Assembly (NCBI GenBank): GCA_003158675.1
Contig: PMKN01000089.1
Location: forward strand, 77,932 to 141,931
Origin: Chloroflexota bacterium
Lineage (GTDB): Bacteria > Chloroflexota > Limnocylindria > Limnocylindrales > CSP1-4
DNA: 64,000 nucleotides
Direction of reading: 5' to 3'
Both the position numbers and the translations under genes were made by a program. The notes under the pieces were generated by a model. The model was not told where the DNA came from, made no database searches, and was given only the letters and a program-made list of their open reading frames with translations. Positions 60,073 to 64,000 of the stretch are shown here, in pieces; the stretch's first letter is position 1; each line of letters starts with the position of its first letter.

Positions 60073-60257
60073 CGCGACGGGACCGGACTCACGGCGCAGA
60101 TGATAGCATCCGAGCCGCCGCGGACGGCCGGAGCGGCGGCGGTCCGACTCCTGCGCGACGTGGCGAGCCGCGCACCAGTGGCCCTCATGGGATGGTCCGG
60201 GACGCCGCGAGGCTGCGTGGTGGCCCCACGGCGCGAGTTGACGAAACGCGAGTGCAA

Positions 60258-61376
60258 ATGAAGATCTGTTTCATCAGCGGGGCGCTGCCAGAGGTGTCAT
60301 GCGGGGTCGGGGATTACGTGGACGCCCTTGCCCGAGCTCTCGCCCGACTGGGTCACGAGGTGGTCGTGCTGACCACCGCGTCGCCCGATCTCCGCCCCTC
60401 ATCGGGCTATCGGACAGTGCCCCTGCGAACCGCCTGGTCTTTGCGCGACACCGGGCGAATCGCGGCCGCCGCGCAACGGGAGCATCCGGACGTTCTCCAT
60501 CTGCAGTTCCCCGGCGTCGGGTTCGGCCGGGGGTTCGGCGCCTGCTTCGCGCCCTGGGCTGTCCGGCTCCGCGGAGCCCGGCCCCGTCCTCTGCTGGCGA
60601 CTACGCTGCATGAGTTCCACAGGTTTCGGCTGCGCTACAGAACGAGACTCGCCCTCGCGGTGGCGGCCTGCGACCTCGTGATTGCGCCGGACCCCACCGT
60701 GCTGGCCTCCGTCGCGCGACACCTCGAGTGGCGGCGGGGCCTGGACACGGCGATGATCCCATTGGCCGCGAACGTCTGGCCCGCCGCGCCGTCCTCCCTT
60801 CCAAACGAACCGCTCGACAGAGCCGAGCTGGTTGTTGGATATTGGGGATTCCTTCGGCAGGACAAAGGGGTCGATCTCCTGCTGGAAGCCTTCGCCCAGG
60901 TCCAACGAGTCCGACCCGCCCGGCTCGTCCTCGCGGGCGACCCTGGACCTGAGGCCGAATACATCGCCTCGATCTCGCGCAAAGCCGGGGAACTCGGACT
61001 CGGGTCCTCGATCCATACCACCGGCAGGTTGTCGGCTGAACGGCTCTCGCAGGAACTCCAGTCCTTCGACGTGTGCGTCCTGCCGTTTCGGGACGGACTT
61101 CTGAAGAACAGGGGCACCTACGCCGGAGCGGTCGCTCACGGGCTCTATGTGGTCACCACGAGCCGGGGCAATCGCGGATTCGACCCGGAGACGAATACGA
61201 CCCTGGTTCCTCCGGACGATCGCGACGCCCTGGTCGGTGCAATCCTAGAAGCGCCAGCCCATCCGCCGAACCCAAGCCCGGCTTCCACATCCGAGAAGGC
61301 ATGGGATGAGATAGCGGTCCTCCATCTGGCCGCATACGCAAGGGCTGCGGGCAACCACGGATTCGCTCTCGAATGA
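60258..61376 (+). CDS. glycosyltransferase family 4
   Basis: ATG 60258 (MKICFISGALPEVSCGVGDYV...). GT-B C-terminal half with the PFRDGLLKNRGTYAGAVAHGLYVVTT region. Confidence 0.75.
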   Translation: MKICFISGALPEVSCGVGDYVDALARALARLGHEVVVLTTASPDLRPSSGYRTVPLRTAWSLRDTGRIAAAAQREHPDVLHLQFPGVGFGRGFGACFAPWAVRLRGARPRPLLATTLHEFHRFRLRYRTRLALAVAACDLVIAPDPTVLASVARHLEWRRGLDTAMIPLAANVWPAAPSSLPNEPLDRAELVVGYWGFLRQDKGVDLLLEAFAQVQRVRPARLVLAGDPGPEAEYIASISRKAGELGLGSSIHTTGRLSAERLSQELQSFDVCVLPFRDGLLKNRGTYAGAVAHGLYVVTTSRGNRGFDPETNTTLVPPDDRDALVGAILEAPAHPPNPSPASTSEKAWDEIAVLHLAAYARAAGNHGFALE

Positions 61377-61526
61377 ACTGGATCGCGCCGGTGGACCAGC
61401 GGACCGACCGGAACGAGGGCAGACGCCGGACGAGCCCGACCGGTGAGGCTATCCTTCCATCCGCACGCGGCCAGTCGGCGCCCTGAATGGCTCCCCTAGC
61501 GTGACAAGATGGGTGCGCATGCCACG

Positions 61527-62603
61527 ATGAGTGCGCGAATCGCAGCGTTCGATCTCAGGTCTGCGGCCGGGAAGCCAACCGGGATAGGCAAGCACTTGCT
61601 CTCGATCTCGTTGGCCGCGGCGCAACTCTCCGACGTCAAGGTCCGCGTCTACACAGCCGGCGCCGACCTTGAGTTGCCTCCCTCGATCGAAATCGTGGCA
61701 GTGGCCCGGCATGGCTTGCCCTGGCACCTGGCGGTGTGGCGGCATCTTCGTCGCCACCCCGTGACGGCATACGTCTCGACGAGTCTCGTCGTCCCATCGC
61801 TACCGGGCGTGCCAGCGCTCCCGGTAGTCCTCGACATGAGCAGCTTCCGCGTTCCCGAGCACCAGACGCGTCGCACGAGGCTTTTCGAGCACGCCCTGCT
61901 GGGACGAGCCGTGAGCCACCACCCACTGATCTTCGGGTCCCAGGCCGCAGCCAGCGACTGCCGAGACCTCTTTCCCAGGGCCAGGGGAGTGGTCGTGCCG
62001 CCGTGGTTTCCGCAGCGACCGCCCGCCGCGCCGCCAGCGGCGGACTGGCTGGCTGGCCTTGGCATAAGCAAGCCCTACGTGCTGATAGTCGGCACGATAG
62101 AGCCGCGCAAGAACGTTCCGCTGGCCGCTCGGGTTGTGGCCAGTCTCCGAGAGCAAGGCCGAGACGTGCGGCTTGTCGTGGTGGGCCGAAGGGGGTGGTC
62201 GAGCGACAGCGAGATGGCAGCTCTGCAGGAGTGGCAACGGCAAGGCACTGTCGTCTGGCCCGGCTATGTGACCGACGACCAGCGTGACGCACTGTATGCC
62301 GAAGCGTCCGCGCTGCTGCTGCCTTCTGTCTACGAGGGGTTCGGCATGCCTCTGGTGGAGGCGATGGCGGCCGGGGTGCCGTGCTGCTGCTCGGCCATTC
62401 CGGCGTTCGAGGAAGTCGCGGGAGACGCCGCGATCAAGCTCGATCCGGGGCAACCCACCAGGTGGGTTGAGACGCTTGGCGCGCTTCTCGACGATCCGGA
62501 ACTGGCGGACCGGATGAGGAGGGCCGGTCTTGCCAGGGCCGCGACCTACTCGCTTGAGAGGACGGCCCACGCATTCGCTCTGGCGCTCGACCAGACGATC
62601 TAG
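61527..62603 (+). CDS. glycosyltransferase family 4
   Basis: C-terminal E-x7-E region (LLLPSVYEGFGMPLVEAMAAGVPCCCSAIPAFEEV). Confidence 0.7.
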   Translation: MSARIAAFDLRSAAGKPTGIGKHLLSISLAAAQLSDVKVRVYTAGADLELPPSIEIVAVARHGLPWHLAVWRHLRRHPVTAYVSTSLVVPSLPGVPALPVVLDMSSFRVPEHQTRRTRLFEHALLGRAVSHHPLIFGSQAAASDCRDLFPRARGVVVPPWFPQRPPAAPPAADWLAGLGISKPYVLIVGTIEPRKNVPLAARVVASLREQGRDVRLVVVGRRGWSSDSEMAALQEWQRQGTVVWPGYVTDDQRDALYAEASALLLPSVYEGFGMPLVEAMAAGVPCCCSAIPAFEEVAGDAAIKLDPGQPTRWVETLGALLDDPELADRMRRAGLARAATYSLERTAHAFALALDQTI

Positions 62604-62929
62604 CCGATCTGCCGCGGATCGGTTGGAGCGACACCACCATGCCGCGACGCCGCTCGCGAGAACAGAACCGCCAACGACGCCACCAGGAACGAAGGAGATC
62701 GCACGCAGCGGTGCGACGGCGAAGTTTCGCGCCGGAAGTACGCGGACACACTTTGGCAGCGGCAGGAATCGCGTAAGCCTGGAGTCGCTACCATAGTCGG
62801 CGAACGACGGGCCTGATTGGGGCCGCGACTGGGAGGTATCAGTGCCAGAAGGGGCGCCCCGGGCCGCTGGGGTTGCGGTGCCGGCTGCTGCAGGCAGCGC
62901 TGCCACGCTCAGCCGAACCGCCAGGCTCA

Positions 62930-64000
62930 TGACATGGGCGCTTGTGGGGCTGGTCGTATGGCTGCCGCTCCAAACGCCAGTCGCGATCGCCGTCTTTCAG
63001 TATGGAAACTCGGTAGACCTCTCTCGCGCCACACTCCTCCTCAAAGACGTCGTCGTGGCATTCCTGCTGCTTTACGCGTTGGCCGCGAACTGGCGCTCGT
63101 TGGACCTGCGCTGGTTCGACAAGGCGGCGGTTGCATATGCCGTTCTGGTGGCGGTCTACTCCACTGTCCCGTGGCTGCTGGGCTCGCACCAGACGGTGTC
63201 TGCCGTTACGGCCGCCGCGCGCATGTTCGCTCTGCCGGTTGAGGCCTACGCCCTCGGACGGTTGGCGTTCCTCGCCGGCGCCGACCTGAGAGTCGTGTTC
63301 AAGGCTTTCGTCGCCGCCTCGGCAGTCATCGCGGCCACGGCCGTGATCGAGTACTACCTTCTGCCGATCACCTTCTGGTCGTCGACGCTGGATCTCATCA
63401 CATTCGAGCGGGTCGTCCAGGGACTCCCCCAGGCCGTAAGCCTTTGGGACATCAGCCTGCTGGGCGACTACGGAGCGGGAGGGGGGGTGTTCCCACGCGC
63501 CATCGCCACCTTCACTCATCCGGTGGGTGCGGGAGGCTACTTCATCCTCCCGCTCGCACTGACTGTGGCAGCGTGGTACGGCCGCGAGGCCCACGGCAAG
63601 CGGCTGATCACGGCTGGGCTGATCGGCCTAACGATCCTCTTTGGGCTCGCCACAGTCGTGACCATTTCTCGAGGCGCGTGGATGGCGGGCGCCGTCGTGG
63701 TGGTCATGTGTGGATTGATGTTTCACCGACTGCGCATCGCCTTTGTCTGCCTGGTAGTGGTCGGTGTGTTCTTTGTGAGCGTCCCGCCCTTCAACGCTTC
63801 GATCACGTCGGCTTTCAACCGAAACGACGCGTCACTGCTGGGTCACGCGGAGGCAATCGGCCGCGATGTGCAGGCCGCAGTCGCGCATGTCTTCGGCCTC
63901 GGGATCGGCAGCACGGACCAAGGCGTGAATATCGACACCGGGCCCACGCCGAACCCGTCGGCACCGCCTACGCCGAACCCCTCGGCACCGCCTACGGCGA
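62930..64000 (+). CDS. Wzy_C-domain (O-antigen ligase-like) membrane protein, partial (runs off window end)
   Basis: Manual translation from ATG 62930: MTWALVGLVVWLPLQTPVAIAVFQYGNSVDLSR... It has multiple TM helices, the Wzy_C hallmark TVVTISRGAWMAGAVVVV, and ends in a PTPNPSAPPTPNPSAPP repeat. Absent from the ORF track (no stop in window). Confidence 0.55.
63945..64000 (+). repeat. 24-bp tandem repeat (acgccgaacccNtcggcaccgcct) encoding the PTPNPSAP linker at the window edge
   Basis: Two full units plus the start of a third, visible directly in the sequence; truncated by the window end. Confidence 0.75.

Noticed and set aside
62817-63594. Track ORFs 62817-63242 (+) and 62839-63594 (-)
   Set aside because: Both are out-of-frame or antisense to the unlisted plus-strand frame (ATG 62930 to window end). 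That frame encodes a convincing Wzy_C membrane protein.

Overview
High-GC (~70%) window from a bacterial chromosome, probably Gram-positive (Actinomycetota-like) because it carries LCP-family genes. About 57 of the 64 kb (7.3-64 kb) form one large cell-envelope glycopolymer biosynthesis island. Positions 1-7.2 kb hold unrelated housekeeping genes: a PolX DNA polymerase, a GAF-GGDEF diguanylate cyclase, and a soluble MgtE-N/CBS protein translationally coupled to an Nramp-family transporter.

The island encodes:
- nucleotide-sugar enzymes: a UDP-sugar 6-dehydrogenase, Gmd/Fcl (GDP-fucose), RmlC/RmlD (dTDP-rhamnose), five more SDR epimerase/dehydratases, and a DegT-type aminotransferase;
- three initiating polyprenyl-phosphate transferases: one WecA/MraY-like and two WbaP/CpsE-like;
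- about 14 glycosyltransferases (GT2, GT4, GT-A, one GT-C-like), including two two-domain enzymes;
- an ABC-2 exporter, Wzm plus a Wzt with a C-terminal glycan-binding domain;
- two Wzx-like flippases and two Wzy_C (O-antigen ligase/polymerase-like) membrane proteins;
- two LCP (LytR-CpsA-Psr) ligases;
- three SAM methyltransferases, one fused to a GT4;
- two acyl/acetyltransferases;
- a large secreted clan GH-A glycoside hydrolase with three tandem ~132-aa C-terminal repeats of unrecognised type.

Structural oddities: a tandem segmental duplication of a divergent [LCP <-> WbaP-like] gene pair; a ~30-codon remnant of an SDR epimerase N-terminus coupled by GTGA to an acetyltransferase; perfect short DNA tandem repeats encoding Pro/Thr/Ala linkers inside both Wzy_C genes; and pervasive 4-8 bp start/stop overlaps (ATGA/GTGA), implying long translationally coupled operons. 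No rRNA, tRNA, CRISPR array or transposase/integrase was recognised. Many large ORFs in the six-frame track are antisense or out-of-frame shadows of the real genes (typical of high GC) and were rejected. All functional calls rest on recognisable family motifs in the translations; no database search was possible.
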